Below, one piece after another: positions 20,495 through 31,720 of a stretch of DNA of 64,000 bases. The notes beneath the pieces are model-generated. The model did not search any database and was not told the origin of the DNA. It saw nothing but the letters and a program-made list of their open reading frames with translations. Source of the stretch: Candidatus Methanosuratincola verstraetei (GTDB lineage Archaea > Thermoproteota > Methanomethylicia > Methanomethylicales > Methanomethylicaceae); NCBI GenBank assembly GCA_049570475.1, contig CP186953.1, positions 576,001-640,000 of the forward strand, given 5' to 3'. Position 1 is the stretch's first letter. Each line of letters opens with the position of its first letter. The position numbers and the translations under genes are program-made.

Positions 20495-20791
20495 TCATTC
20501 CCCCTCTGGCTTCAGTATCGAGGACTCTCCGGGCTCGATGATGCTCACGGTTGAGACCGGGAAAGGCTTTCCGCAGAGCCCGCCTAGGTCCCAGCTCGAT
20601 CCAGGGAATTGGTAGACAGGTATCCCCTCGCCTGCAACGGCCCTGACCTTTGAGGTCACTTCCTCGGGGGCATTCGACGCCAGAACGAGTGCCTTGACCT
20701 TCTTCTTTGAGACTAGCTTCAGCGCCATCTTGTATCCGGTCTCGACCTTCCCGGTTTTTATGGCTGTCTTAAGTTCCTTGACTATGTCCAT
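20495..20791 (-). CDS. rpl30e: 50S ribosomal protein L30e
   Basis: KTGKV, LGGLCGKPF, PGESSI. Confidence 0.95.
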   Translation of the reverse strand: MDIVKELKTAIKTGKVETGYKMALKLVSKKKVKALVLASNAPEEVTSKVRAVAGEGIPVYQFPGSSWDLGGLCGKPFPVSTVSIIEPGESSILKPEGE

Positions 20792-20792
20792 A

Positions 20793-22184
20793 TCATGAAC
20801 CCTCTTTTGAGAAGCGCATAAACAATTCGACTATGCCTGTACCTAGAGGTACTGGCTGGCCGACTATAACGTTTTCTGTTACTCCCTCCAGTGCATCCTC
20901 CTCTCCATGTGCTGCCGCATCCAATAAATGCTTTACGGTAACCTCGAAGGCGGCCCTCGCGAGGACGCTCGACTTCTCGCCGCTGACCCCGTGCCTCCCT
21001 ATCTGCCTGATCTTGCCTGTGGAGGTCATCAGGTCGGCGACGAGTATCACATGCCGGATGTCTACGTCGAGGCCCTGCTGATCAAGCACCTGGAAGGCTT
21101 CCCTGATTATTGCGTTCCTTGCAGCCTCTATGCCCAAAATCTCCGCGATCTCGGAGATGTTGTTCGTATAGATCCTTGTTGTGTCTATGCCCTTGATTCC
21201 GAGCACCTGGGCGAGGTTTGATCCGTCGGTATGGAGGACGTACTCGTTGTCCTCCTTCTGGATCACCACCCTCTTGATCCCCTTAATCCCCTTCAGCCTG
21301 AGGTCGAGGATCCGCTCGCGGAGTCTCTTGATCTTCTCCGGCGCGGTAGTCTCTGGGCTGATGACTATGCTGTTCCCCTCGATGGACACCTTGCCAACCT
21401 TCAGCTTCTCAATCGACTTTGCTATGAAGTCCAGGTCCAGCCCTTTGTCCTCTGCCACTTCAGCGTCTATTTCGACTATGAATGAGGAGTTGATCATGTC
21501 GTATTCGATGCTCCTTGCGACATTCTCGACGGCAATCCTCTCGATCCTTGCCACGACCTCCTTTGCCTTCTCCAAGCTCCCCCGGTGCTCCTCGTCCAGG
21601 TATATTGTCATCGTCGGAGTGGAGGGGATCCGCCTGGCATCGACTATCTCTATGAGCCTGGGCAGACCAAGGGTTACGTTCAGCTCCCTGACCCCCGCGT
21701 AGTGGAATGTCCTCAGCGTCATCTGCGTCCCCGGCTCGCCCACGGACTGGGCTGCAACCGTGCCCGCGGCCTCCCCTGGCTCTATCAGTGCCTTCACATA
21801 TGCGCTGTTGACCTCTTCGACGATCCTTGCCAGCTGTTCAGCCGACAGGTCTAGCCCAGAGGTCTTCTCCTTCAACTGCACGACCAGGTTCTCCGGGAGG
21901 TTGTACTTGGCGAGCAGGCTGTCCAGGATCGCGGATTTGTCGGACTTCTGCTGGCACTCTTGCCCAGGAGGCTGCTGGGCCTGATCTCCTGCGGCTTTTT
22001 CCGGCGCCGCGACGCCCGCGCCCTCCTTTTCCTTGGCTTTCTTTGCCTTCTTCTCCTCTGGCTTTGCCTTTGCCTTTGTTTTCGACTTCTTAGCGCTGCC
22101 TTTCTCGCTCTCTTTCTCTGCCTGCGGTTCTGTACCGGTCTCCTTTGTCTCCTCAACTGAGCCTTCTGACCTTTCCTCTGCCAT
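20793..22184 (-). CDS. rpoA2: RNA polymerase subunit A'' with N-terminal extension
   Basis: [33 protein letters not shown]. Confidence 0.97.
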   Translation of the reverse strand: MAEERSEGSVEETKETGTEPQAEKESEKGSAKKSKTKAKAKPEEKKAKKAKEKEGAGVAAPEKAAGDQAQQPPGQECQQKSDKSAILDSLLAKYNLPENLVVQLKEKTSGLDLSAEQLARIVEEVNSAYVKALIEPGEAAGTVAAQSVGEPGTQMTLRTFHYAGVRELNVTLGLPRLIEIVDARRIPSTPTMTIYLDEEHRGSLEKAKEVVARIERIAVENVARSIEYDMINSSFIVEIDAEVAEDKGLDLDFIAKSIEKLKVGKVSIEGNSIVISPETTAPEKIKRLRERILDLRLKGIKGIKRVVIQKEDNEYVLHTDGSNLAQVLGIKGIDTTRIYTNNISEIAEILGIEAARNAIIREAFQVLDQQGLDVDIRHVILVADLMTSTGKIRQIGRHGVSGEKSSVLARAAFEVTVKHLLDAAAHGEEDALEGVTENVIVGQPVPLGTGIVELFMRFSKEGS

Positions 22185-22185
22185 A

Positions 22186-24843
22186 TCAGCTGCCTCCTGC
22201 CTTCACGACCCTCTCAATGATCTTCTCCACGTTCACTGCCTTGCCATGGTCGCTCTTTGCCGGGTCAACGCCGTCCTCACCGTACTTGAATTGGATGATC
22301 GACCCGTCCGTGCCCCTCACCGTCAGGTCGTACTCGACACGCACGTCCTGCAGGGCGTTGATCAGCCTCCGCTGCATGTAGCCGCTCTGGCTTGTCCTTA
22401 CGGCAGTGTCGACCAGACCTTCCCTACCTCCCATCGCGTGGAAGAAGAATTCGATCGGGTTGAGCTTGTCCTTGTAGCTGCTGTAGACGAAGCCGTGTGC
22501 CTCGGCCCCAAGGTCGCCCTGCTTGAAGTGGGGGAGGGTCCTGTTCATGTATCCCCTCATGATCCTCTCGCCTCGGACCGACTGCTGCCCAACGCACGCG
22601 ACCATGTGCGCGAGGTTCATCAGGCTACCCCTCGCACCAGTCCTGGCCATGAGGAGCGCTGTGTTGGAATCCTTCAGGTACTGGCTTGCAATCTCCCCTG
22701 CAAGCTCCCTGGCCTCCTCGAGCTCCTGCATGATCTTCGTCTCAAGCGTCTCCTCGAGCGTCCGTCCTGCGAGTCGCTCCAGGAGCCCCTGGTTGTAGAT
22801 GTCGATCAGCTCGGATACCTTCGCCTCAGCCTGCCTGATCACCTCAAGAACCTTCTTCTTTGCCTCTGCAGGGAGCTCCTCGTCGTCGAGGCCAATCGTC
22901 AGCCCGCGGCTGTCGATGTAAGCCAGGAAGAGCTTGAATGCCCTGTCTATGTAGTCCCTCCCTGCGTCAGTACCATAGTCCTTGATTAGCCTGTGGAGGA
23001 CGCTCTCGGGCTGACCTGCGCCGATCGACTTCTTGTCAATGACTCCTTTTATGAGCTTCCCGTCCCTTATCACGACGTAGGCATCGTTCTCGCACTCCTC
23101 CTTCTTGCAGGTCGGGCATTTGAGGCAGACATTGGACTTGAGCGAGTAGTTGAACCCCTTCGGGAAGAAGAGGCTCGCCAGCTGCTTCCCGGTCCAGAGC
23201 TCCTTCGGCTCGCTTATCTCGGGCGGGGGGAGCTCTCCGGTGTAGCCTGCCCTAGCGAGAAGCTGCGAGGCCTCTTCCCTGGTGAGCAACGTCCCCTTCC
23301 TAGTGAGCATGTACGCGCCAGAGATATAGTCCTGTATCCCGCCCATGATAGGGCCACCGTACCTCGGGGAGAGTATCTGCTCCTGGACGAGCATCAGGAC
23401 GCCTGCCTCAGCCCTAGCCTCCTCGCTCTGGGGGACATGCAGGTTCATCTCGTCCCCGTCAAAGTCGGCGTTGTAGGGCGGGCAGACGCAAAGGTTGAGC
23501 CTGAAGGTCTTGTACGGCAGGACCCTGACCTTGTGCGCCATTATGGACATCCTGTGGAGCGACGGCTGCCTGTTGAAGAGGACGATGTCGCCATCCTTCA
23601 GGTGGCGCTCTACGATGTAGCCGATCTCGACGGCATCCGCTATCGACTTCCTGTCCTTCGGGAACCTGAGGTCGATCCTCCTTCCGTCTGGTCTGATTAT
23701 GTAGTTCGCGCCGGGGTGGACGTCCGGGCCGTTCTCGATGAGGCGCTTCACCTGATCCATGTTGTATGGGTTTATCCTTTCAGGTATCGTCAGGAGCTTC
23801 GCCACATCTATTGGAACGCCCACCTCGTTGATGCTGATTATTGGGTCCGGGGATATCACCGTCCTGGCGGAGAAGTCGACGCGCTTGCCCGAAAGGTTCG
23901 ACCTGAACCTCCCCTCCTTGCCCTTGAGCCTCTGAGCCAAAGTCCTCAGCGGCCTTCCAGATCGATGGCGCGCCGGCGGGATCCCCGAGGTCTCGTTGTC
24001 GAAGTATGTCGTCACATGGTACTGGAGCAGCTCCCAGAGGTCCTCGATGATGAGCTGCGGGGCGCCTGCATCGACATTGTCCTTTAGGCGCTCGTTTATC
24101 CTTATGATGTCTACGAGCTTGTGCGTCAGGTCGTCCTCAGACCTGATGCCTGACTCGAGCGTGATCGATGGGCGCACCGCCGATGGGGGAACGGGCAAGA
24201 CTGTGAGCACCATCCACTCTGGCCTGGCTATGCGCGGATCAAGGCCCATGAGCTTCACGTCCGAGTCGGTTATCCTCTCGAGCCTCGACCTGATCTCGTT
24301 GGGGGCTAGCTTCACGGTGCCCTCCTTGTGCTCCTCGTAGTAGGTGGTCGGCTTCTCGAACTTGAGCTTGTACTGGGCCTCCCCGCAGTGGGGGCACTCC
24401 GTGTTCTTGGAGGCCCTCCGGATGACCCTCTCGGCGAGCCTGAGCCTCAGCTGAGGCCACTTCCTCTGGTACCTCTCCATCAGCAGGGCGTACTTTTCGA
24501 CCTCTTCCTTGGTGAGCAGTATCCTGCCGCAGTTCCAGCAAGTGGACTTGAGCAGGTTGTAGACGAGCTTGGCGAAGCCCGGATGGACCACGGGGCGGGC
24601 CAGCTCGATGTGGCCGAAGTGACCGGGGCACTGCCCGACCCGGTTCCCGCAGGTCTGGCATTTCTGCCCGGGCTCGATTGTGCCGAGCCTCCTGTCCATG
24701 AGGCCGGCCTCGATGGGTATGCCGTCCTCGTCGTAGGTGTCGGCAGTCACTATGTTCACTACCGACATCTTCCTTATCTCTTCAGGCGAAAGCACGCCGA
24801 ACTTGATTGACTTGATCGATTTGATCAGCTCGTAGAACGACAT
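22186..24843 (-). CDS. rpoA1: RNA polymerase subunit A'
   Basis: Zn-binding Cxx[24 protein letters not shown]. Confidence 0.98.
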   Translation of the reverse strand: MSFYELIKSIKSIKFGVLSPEEIRKMSVVNIVTADTYDEDGIPIEAGLMDRRLGTIEPGQKCQTCGNRVGQCPGHFGHIELARPVVHPGFAKLVYNLLKSTCWNCGRILLTKEEVEKYALLMERYQRKWPQLRLRLAERVIRRASKNTECPHCGEAQYKLKFEKPTTYYEEHKEGTVKLAPNEIRSRLERITDSDVKLMGLDPRIARPEWMVLTVLPVPPSAVRPSITLESGIRSEDDLTHKLVDIIRINERLKDNVDAGAPQLIIEDLWELLQYHVTTYFDNETSGIPPARHRSGRPLRTLAQRLKGKEGRFRSNLSGKRVDFSARTVISPDPIISINEVGVPIDVAKLLTIPERINPYNMDQVKRLIENGPDVHPGANYIIRPDGRRIDLRFPKDRKSIADAVEIGYIVERHLKDGDIVLFNRQPSLHRMSIMAHKVRVLPYKTFRLNLCVCPPYNADFDGDEMNLHVPQSEEARAEAGVLMLVQEQILSPRYGGPIMGGIQDYISGAYMLTRKGTLLTREEASQLLARAGYTGELPPPEISEPKELWTGKQLASLFFPKGFNYSLKSNVCLKCPTCKKEECENDAYVVIRDGKLIKGVIDKKSIGAGQPESVLHRLIKDYGTDAGRDYIDRAFKLFLAYIDSRGLTIGLDDEELPAEAKKKVLEVIRQAEAKVSELIDIYNQGLLERLAGRTLEETLETKIMQELEEARELAGEIASQYLKDSNTALLMARTGARGSLMNLAHMVACVGQQSVRGERIMRGYMNRTLPHFKQGDLGAEAHGFVYSSYKDKLNPIEFFFHAMGGREGLVDTAVRTSQSGYMQRRLINALQDVRVEYDLTVRGTDGSIIQFKYGEDGVDPAKSDHGKAVNVEKIIERVVKAGGS

Positions 24844-24845
24844 CC

Positions 24846-27800
24846 TCAGACCCTCTCCTCCAGTTTAAGCCTTGGGGCTATCCCGAGGCTCATGAGCTCC
24901 TGCAGCAGCAGCTTGAAGGCGTACGACATGACCACTGTGGTCGTCTTCGCCTTATCGCCGCAGACTGGGCAGACGTACCTGTCTTTTACCCTGTCGTAGT
25001 AGGCTATGAGTCCGCAGTCCTCGCAGATGTGCACCGAGCTCCTGTCGGACTCGTCGAGGAGCCTCTCCTTCAAGAGCATGGCTGCGCCGTGACCTATGAG
25101 GCAGTCGCGCTCCATCTCCCCGAACCTGAGACCTCCTTCCCTCGCCCTGCCCTCGGTGGGCTGCCTCGTGAGTATCTGTACCGGACCCCTCGCGCGTGCG
25201 TGCATCTTGTCTGCAACCATGTGGTGGAGCTTGAGGTAATAGGCGATGCCGATGAAGACCTCTGCCTCCAGCACCCTTCCGGTCCGGCCGTCGTACATTA
25301 TCTCCTTGCCTGTGGATTTGAACCCGCTCTTGCTAAGCAGCTCCCTCATGTAGCGCTCATCCGTCCCGCAGAATGCAGTGCCGTCAATCTGCTCACCCGA
25401 GACCGCGGAGGCCTTGCCCCCGAGTAGCTCCAGCAGCTGCCCCAAGGTCATTCGCGACGGGATTGCGTGTGGGTTGATTATCAGGTCCGGGACCACGCCG
25501 TCCTCGGTGTACGGCATGTCGTACTGGGGGACTAGCATCCCGACGACGCCCTTCTGCCCGTGCCTGGAAGCGAACTTGTCGCCAAGCTCAGGTACACGCT
25601 CATTCCTGACCCTGATCTTGATCAGCTTGTTGCCGTCGGATGTCTCTGTAACGATGACGAGGTCTACGACGCCATCCTCGCCGGCCCTCATGGAGACGGA
25701 GGTCTCCCTCCTCATGGGGCCCGTCGTCTCGAACTCCCTGTACTCCTCGAGGAACCTTGGCGGGCTTGTCTTGCCTATCAGGACGTCGCCGCCGCTTATC
25801 GTAGACTCGGGCTCAATTATGCCGTCGTCTCCGAGGAACCTGTAGGACTCGGCTGTCCTGTAGCCCCTCACGTCCGGGTTCGGGATCTCCACCTTGTCCT
25901 CCTGTCCACCCGGGTACCTCCTCTCCTCGGTCTCGTAGCACCTGAAGAACGAAGACCTGCCGAGGCCCCTCTCGACCGATGACTTGTTCATTATCAGGGC
26001 ATCCTCTATGTTGTAGCCCGAATAGGAGAGTATCGCGACCACAAAGTTCTGGCCCGCGGGGCGCCTGTCCAGAGCCAGCATTTTCGCCGGCCGGGTGTTG
26101 ACCAACGGCTTCTGCGGGTAGTGGAGAAGGTGGCCCCTCGTGTCGAGCCGCTTGGAGAAGTTTGCGGCGTAGAAGCCCAGCGACTGCTTGACCATCGCCG
26201 ATCCGTAGGTGTTCCTGGGGGACTGGTTAGCCTCGAGGTATGGTATCATCGAGGCGCTGATCCCCAAGATCGTGGACGGGACGATCTCCATGTGGGTCCG
26301 TTCCCTGTCCAGGTGCTTCGAGTCGAGGGCAATGTAGGAATTCTCCTCCTCTTCGGCGTCGAGGTACTCGACTATGCCCTGGGTGATCAGGTCGTTCCAG
26401 GTCCACTCGCCAGAGACCAGTTTCTGGATGTGATCCATCGTCAGGCGCGGGACGCCGTTGTCAACAATGAGGAGCGGGCGCCTCACCCTGCCCGCGTCGC
26501 AGTTGACATAGACCTCGTTAATGCTACCGTACCTGTAGTGCGCCACATTCACCTCGTGGTGGAGCTTGCCCCTCCGCCTGAGCCTCCTCAAGTCAGCGAC
26601 GAGGAGCTCGGGCTTCTGGTGAATCCCGATCAGCCTGCCGTTGAGAATTACCTTGGCCCCTGTGATCCCTTGCTTCCGGGCATTCTCCACGGGCTCGGTG
26701 TTGAGCTCATACAGGAGCTCCTCGACCGGGCGCTCGTCGATGCCAACGGATATGAATGCCATCAGCGCGAGGTTCTTGACCAGCCCGCAGTTCGGCCCCT
26801 CGGGGGTCTCGCTCGGGCAGAGCCTTCCCCATTGGGTCGAATGAAGGTCGCGTGCCTCGAAGTGGGGCTGAGACCTGCTCAGCGGCGAGATTATCCTCCT
26901 CAGGTGTCCGATCGTCGAGAGGTAGTTGGTCCTGTCGAGGAGCTGGCTCACGCCTGCCTTTCCTCCTACCCAGTTCCCGGTCGCCAGCGCGTGCCTCAGC
27001 CTCTCGGTGATTACGTCGGCCCTTACAAGCGTCTGGATCGAGACCTTCCGGCTCCTGCTCTTCGCCCGCTCCAGCTGGTACTTCATGTCGCGGCAGAAGC
27101 TCTTGAAGGCGACCCTGAAGAGGCCTGCGAGCAGATCCCCGGCGAGCTTTAGCCTCTTGTTGGCATAGTGGTCCTTGTCATCAGGCGACCTCATGCCAAG
27201 GGATAGCTCGATCAGCTTCTCGGCCATCTGTCCGAGGTACAGAGCCTTCTTCTTCCGGTCTGCGGGGGTAAGCCCAAGGTGCGGGAGCAGGTACTTGTCG
27301 AGGACCTGCATCGCGCGCTCGATCCTGTACTCCTTGGTCTGCCCTATCGCGATCCTGTTGCCTATGTAGTCCAGCGCGTCCTCAACTGTGTTGATCTCGA
27401 TTGCGCCCTCGAGGGTCGGTATCATGGCCCGCTGGATGGCTGGGTCCCCCGAGACGAACTCGACAATCTCCTTGTCCGAGGACGCCCCGAGAGCCTTCAT
27501 CAGTATTGCGAGCGAGATCCTCCCTGGGATGGACGGGAAGGAGACCTGGAATGTTGCGTCCTTCATCCTCTCGAGCGTGAAAGGGACCCTGAAGCCCGAG
27601 GTAGCCGAGAAGACCTTTGCTACATGGGTTACTGGAGATGCGCCCTCCATCACGTCGACAAGGATACGGTTGACTGCCAGGTCCTCCTGGATCACCACGA
27701 CCCTCTCGGATCCGTTGATTATGAAGTATCCTCCTGGATCCGCGGGATCCTCTCCGTTCGCGATCAGCTCCTGTGGGGAGAGCCGCGAGAGGTTGCAGAA

Positions 27801-28175
27801 CGAAGACTTGACCATGATCGGCAGCTTACCGATGAAGACTGAGACCTCCTCGTCCTCGAAGCCGTCCTCGATCGGCGTCACCTTGAGGTGCAGCGAGGCG
27901 GAGTAGGTGAGGTTCCTCTGGCGGGCCTCCATCGGGAATATCTCCTTCTCGGATCCGTCGGCCTCGTGTATGGCCGGCTTGCCCACCGTGATCTTTCCCA
28001 GCTTGATCTTGAAGCCAGGGAGATCAGTCTCGATCACCCCCTGCTCATCAACAACCTCCTGCAGCTTTGTCCTCACGAAGTCATCATACGAGTCTAGGTG
28101 CTGCCTGACCAGACCCTTTTCCCTGAAGAAAGCCTCTATCAGGGACCATCTGTCATCCATGCTGATCTCGCTCAA
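24846..28175 (-). CDS. rpoB: RNA polymerase subunit B (unsplit)
   Basis: [31 protein letters not shown]; TTG start after SD GGGTGA. Confidence 0.98.
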   Translation of the reverse strand: MSEISMDDRWSLIEAFFREKGLVRQHLDSYDDFVRTKLQEVVDEQGVIETDLPGFKIKLGKITVGKPAIHEADGSEKEIFPMEARQRNLTYSASLHLKVTPIEDGFEDEEVSVFIGKLPIMVKSSFCNLSRLSPQELIANGEDPADPGGYFIINGSERVVVIQEDLAVNRILVDVMEGASPVTHVAKVFSATSGFRVPFTLERMKDATFQVSFPSIPGRISLAILMKALGASSDKEIVEFVSGDPAIQRAMIPTLEGAIEINTVEDALDYIGNRIAIGQTKEYRIERAMQVLDKYLLPHLGLTPADRKKKALYLGQMAEKLIELSLGMRSPDDKDHYANKRLKLAGDLLAGLFRVAFKSFCRDMKYQLERAKSRSRKVSIQTLVRADVITERLRHALATGNWVGGKAGVSQLLDRTNYLSTIGHLRRIISPLSRSQPHFEARDLHSTQWGRLCPSETPEGPNCGLVKNLALMAFISVGIDERPVEELLYELNTEPVENARKQGITGAKVILNGRLIGIHQKPELLVADLRRLRRRGKLHHEVNVAHYRYGSINEVYVNCDAGRVRRPLLIVDNGVPRLTMDHIQKLVSGEWTWNDLITQGIVEYLDAEEEENSYIALDSKHLDRERTHMEIVPSTILGISASMIPYLEANQSPRNTYGSAMVKQSLGFYAANFSKRLDTRGHLLHYPQKPLVNTRPAKMLALDRRPAGQNFVVAILSYSGYNIEDALIMNKSSVERGLGRSSFFRCYETEERRYPGGQEDKVEIPNPDVRGYRTAESYRFLGDDGIIEPESTISGGDVLIGKTSPPRFLEEYREFETTGPMRRETSVSMRAGEDGVVDLVIVTETSDGNKLIKIRVRNERVPELGDKFASRHGQKGVVGMLVPQYDMPYTEDGVVPDLIINPHAIPSRMTLGQLLELLGGKASAVSGEQIDGTAFCGTDERYMRELLSKSGFKSTGKEIMYDGRTGRVLEAEVFIGIAYYLKLHHMVADKMHARARGPVQILTRQPTEGRAREGGLRFGEMERDCLIGHGAAMLLKERLLDESDRSSVHICEDCGLIAYYDRVKDRYVCPVCGDKAKTTTVVMSYAFKLLLQELMSLGIAPRLKLEERV

Positions 28176-28180
28176 AAATA

Positions 28181-28420
28181 TCACCCTGGAACAACATACC
28201 TATAAGCCACTGACTTCCCGGCCACGGGGCTCTTCCGGATAATCTCTACCACGTCCCCTGGCTTCGCCCCTATCGCCTTGCTGACTGGGTCGCTCTTCAG
28301 CATCCACGGCAGGTCTTCCTTCCTGACGCCCAAATCCTTCCTCAGCTGCTCAACCTCTTCCTTTGTCATGATTCGGAACTGCGGCACGAGCTCGTGTTTC
28401 AAAAGATCGAACTTGCCCAA
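28181..28420 (-). CDS. rpoH: RNA polymerase subunit H
   Basis: HELVP, LPW..SDP, RKSPVAG, YRYVV. Confidence 0.96.
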   Translation of the reverse strand: MGKFDLLKHELVPQFRIMTKEEVEQLRKDLGVRKEDLPWMLKSDPVSKAIGAKPGDVVEIIRKSPVAGKSVAYRYVVPG

Positions 28421-28541
28421 ACGCTACCACCACAAAACAGAGTGACTCTAGAGACACCCGAAACCGGGCTACCTTTCAGCAAAACAAAGCAATTAATAAA
28501 GTTTTTGCTGGGGTGCGATACTGTACCCTCCTAAAAGGTGG

Positions 28542-28679
28542 TGGTCCCGCCCGCCGGATTTGAACCAGCGACCACCCGGTACTTGCCCTGCTGGCGCGAG
28601 GACATCTTCCGCCAAAGGCGACTTCCCACGCGCGACCATCGGTCTACAGCCGGGCGCTCTACCACTGAGCTAGGGCGGG
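28542..28679 (-). tRNA. tRNA-Tyr(GTA) with 63-nt intron (28581-28643)
   Basis: C1:G72 acceptor CCCGCCC/GGGCGGG, CCCGG-CT-GTA-G...A-CCGGG, TTCAAATC, discriminator A and encoded CCA. Confidence 0.93.
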
Positions 28680-28768
28680 CTGGAAGAAAGATATTCGGAC
28701 CCTTTATTAAAAATTTTGTCTTGCGTTGGGACCGCCCGCTAGGCGATCCCAAACAAGGCTCTCAGGCG

Positions 28769-29977
28769 CTACGGCCTCGCCCCGAGGGTGGCGCGGATCT
28801 CCCTGACAGCCCCATCCCGGAGGACAGTGAGTGCGATCTGCTGACCAGGGTATCGGGTCACAAGGTACGAGGAGAGCTCGTCCATGCTCTTGATCTTCAC
28901 CCCGTCGATGTAGAGTATGATGTCCCCGCCGGCACGGATCAGGTCCCCCCCAACCGTCACGGACTGGTTACCTCCCCTGATGCCTGCGCGATCTGCAGGT
29001 CCCCCGCTGATTACCGTCTGGACGAGCACCCCCCAGGTCTGGTTGAGCCCCAGTGCCCTCGAGGCGGCATAGTTCAAGGAGTAACCGGTTATCCCCAAGT
29101 ATGGGTGGACGTACCCGCCCGTCTCGACGAGGCTAGCGAACTCCCGGATTATCGTGTCGGACGGTATGGCGAAGCCGACATTCTGGGATCCGGTTATGAT
29201 TGCCGTGGTTATCCCCACGACCCTCCCCTGGGAGTCGAGGAGCGGCCCACCGGAGTTCCCGGGGTTGATCGGGGCGGTTATCTGGATTACGCCCGCTATG
29301 CTGAAGTTGCCCGCGGTCTCGGTCTGGATCGCCCGGTTGATCTGGCTCACAATGCCTGAGGTCATCGTGCTCTCGAGACCATACGGGTTGCCTATCGCTA
29401 TGACCAGGTCCCCGACGCTCAGGCTTGAGGAAGAGGCTATCGTCAATGGGACCAGCTTCTCAGCCGGGGCAGAGGCACGGAGGACCGCGAGGTCGCTGTA
29501 CTTGTCCAGCCCGATGACCTCGAACGGGTATGCCTCTCCGTCTACGAAGGTGACGGATCCGTTAACCACGCCGCTGACGACGTGGTAATTGGTCACGATG
29601 AGGGACTCGCCTGTGAGGTTCACGACGAACCCGGACCCGATGACCGAAGTGTAGGAGGTCCTGCCAAAGATGTCAGTGGATTGGACGAGGCCGCTCACGG
29701 TGACTATCGAGTCCCTCACCGACAAGTACACCTGGTTTATGCTCTGCACGGTCAAGTTCCTTGCCTGCATATCGTTGATCTGGGACTGGAGGGCGGCCAC
29801 CTGGGACTCTAGCGCCCCGATCCGCTGGACCAGCGCGGTCTCGTTGACAGAGGTCCCAGAGCCCTGATTGAAGAGGAGGCCGACGTACATGCCGGCGACG
29901 AAAATTATGAGGAGGAGCGGTATTATGCTTGCCCTGGACGCTGAGGCAAACTTCGGGGCGGGCATGCCGAACACCAA
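28769..29977 (-). CDS. HtrA/DegP-like membrane-anchored serine protease with PDZ domain
   Basis: TNYHVV, DLAVL, GNSGGPL triad; N-terminal TM plus coiled coil; C-terminal PDZ. Confidence 0.93.
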   Translation of the reverse strand: MVFGMPAPKFASASRASIIPLLLIIFVAGMYVGLLFNQGSGTSVNETALVQRIGALESQVAALQSQINDMQARNLTVQSINQVYLSVRDSIVTVSGLVQSTDIFGRTSYTSVIGSGFVVNLTGESLIVTNYHVVSGVVNGSVTFVDGEAYPFEVIGLDKYSDLAVLRASAPAEKLVPLTIASSSSLSVGDLVIAIGNPYGLESTMTSGIVSQINRAIQTETAGNFSIAGVIQITAPINPGNSGGPLLDSQGRVVGITTAIITGSQNVGFAIPSDTIIREFASLVETGGYVHPYLGITGYSLNYAASRALGLNQTWGVLVQTVISGGPADRAGIRGGNQSVTVGGDLIRAGGDIILYIDGVKIKSMDELSSYLVTRYPGQQIALTVLRDGAVREIRATLGARP

Positions 29978-30067
29978 ATCCCCCTCTTTACCAGGTTCCA
30001 ATTAAGCTTTGAGGGGGCAAGAGATAGGTTTTAATATTGCACTTGAAAAAAGAATCGGGGAAGGGCT

Positions 30068-30177
30068 GCCCTGGTAGTATAGTTCGGCCCAGTATACAGG
30101 CCTGTCGAGGATAGCCTCCTTGAACAGGCTTCCACAGATAGTCTGTGACCCGGGTTCAAATCCCGGCCAGGGCGCCA
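30068..30177 (+). tRNA. tRNA-Asp(GTC) with 32-nt intron (30108-30139)
   Basis: GCCCTGG/CCAGGGC acceptor, CT-GTC-G, perfect BHB (CTGT/ACAG, GGA/TCC), encoded CCA. Confidence 0.95.
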
Positions 30178-30304
30178 GCCTTTTCAAGTTCTCGAGACCA
30201 GCCGAAGGGCATAGAATAGAAGCCCAGCAAGATATCCCCGACAACAGTCAATCGAAAATTGGGATGCCCATCATGGTTCTGAACCCAGAGGGGCGCGGGA
30301 TCGA

Positions 30305-30811
30305 TCAGGAAGACTTTTCCTTTTCGCTGGAGCGGAGCGCTTCGACAAAAGCCTGGACCTGCGGATCGAATTTGCCAGACTTTACGTCCTTGTGCAATAC
30401 GGAGAGCTTGGCGACGGGATCGCCTTTTATGAGCGTGCAGAAGTCCTTCACTGCCTTCGGCTGCTCGCTGGAGTAGGAGGTGTAGAAGAGGGCGTACTTC
30501 TTCTCCTGCGCGACCTCTGGGACAATCTTTGTGAGGTAAGTCCTCACGGCAGGGGTTATGTTCCCGGCCCAAATTGGAGTCCCCACGACTATAAGGTCAT
30601 ATGCCGATGGGTCCTGGTCTGGTGCCTTTATCTGGGTCAGCTTCCTGGTGTAGGACGAGTAGCCTGCCCCCAAGAATCCGAAGAGGCCCTTCCTGTTCTT
30701 CAGGTCGACTATCTCGGCCAATTCGCACCCTAGGAGCGAAGCGATCTTCTCGGCAACCATCCGGGTGTTCCCTGTCCTCGAGTAATACACGACGAGCGGC
30801 TTCATATCCAT
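30305..30811 (-). CDS. Flavodoxin-family protein
   Basis: YYSRTGNT, GTPIW. Confidence 0.88.
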   Translation of the reverse strand: MDMKPLVVYYSRTGNTRMVAEKIASLLGCELAEIVDLKNRKGLFGFLGAGYSSYTRKLTQIKAPDQDPSAYDLIVVGTPIWAGNITPAVRTYLTKIVPEVAQEKKYALFYTSYSSEQPKAVKDFCTLIKGDPVAKLSVLHKDVKSGKFDPQVQAFVEALRSSEKEKSS

Positions 30812-31012
30812 CATTATCACTTACTTGAAGGGGAGTTATTAAACATCCGCTTTTGCCGGGTTCATTCCCTCGAAGATTCAGGATGTAACGGAAAAGGAGA
30901 GGGAGAGGGAGAAGAGAGGCGCATTGGCGGCGGGGCGGGATCAGCACCGGAATGATCAGGTGGCGGGGAAACAGGAAGGGAAAAAGAAAGCAGGCGGCAA
31001 AGACCCTGAGCC

Positions 31013-31720
31013 TCAGCCATCCAGCTCATTGCCGAGCCTTGATGCGGCGGCTGCGGGGTCAGGGGAGGCGTAGATCGTCCTGCCCACTATCCCGTGCCAG
31101 CGCCTCCCCATCACGGATCGGAGCGCCGACAGCTCTCCGCCCTGGGCCCCGACCCCGGGGAGAAAGAAGACGGGATCGCTCACCCTTGCCTCGATCTCCT
31201 GCCTCAGCTCGAGCGTCTGCTCCGGCTTGTTCGCAGGCAGGACGAACTGGTCTACCCCGAGGTCCGACGCGATCTGGAAGATCCTGCTGACGACCCCCCT
31301 GGTGAAGAAGCCGCCGCTCTCTGCCATGAAGTCTGGGGTGGTCATCATTGCACCGACTATGGGGGTGACGCCCTCCCGCTGCAGGGCCCTGATCCAAGCC
31401 TCCTCGGTTGAGGGGCTCGAGAAGGGGAAGAGTATCGCATAGTCGATTCCTGACGAGGACATCACGCCGGCGAAGAGGCTGGCTGTGTGCGGGACGTCGG
31501 TCCCTCCCTTCTGGTGGTCGTACATCACCGGCTTCTTGGTGTATTCCCTTATGAGTGAAACCAAGCTGGGGAGCCCGTACCTGAGCCCGAGGGAGAAGCC
31601 CAGCTTGTAACCCCCGACCGCCGCGACTTGGTGGGTCGAGGCAACGAGCCTCTCGAGCGAGGCGATGTCCTGGACATCGCACGCTATGACGATGCTCTTG
31701 TCCCTGGATATGGTCGTCAC
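31013..31720 (-). CDS. pyrF: Orotidine-5'-phosphate decarboxylase (divergent)
   Basis: IACD, GYKLG, DHQKGGTDVPHT, PGVGAQGG, IVGRTIY; overlaps pyrE. Confidence 0.85.
   Translation of the reverse strand: MTTISRDKSIVIACDVQDIASLERLVASTHQVAAVGGYKLGFSLGLRYGLPSLVSLIREYTKKPVMYDHQKGGTDVPHTASLFAGVMSSSGIDYAILFPFSSPSTEEAWIRALQREGVTPIVGAMMTTPDFMAESGGFFTRGVVSRIFQIASDLGVDQFVLPANKPEQTLELRQEIEARVSDPVFFLPGVGAQGGELSALRSVMGRRWHGIVGRTIYASPDPAAAASRLGNELDG

Noticed and set aside
10767-28175. Inteins in RtcB, RpoA', RpoA'' or RpoB
   Set aside because: Lengths are ordinary and conserved motifs contiguous; the RpoA'' excess is an N-terminal tail
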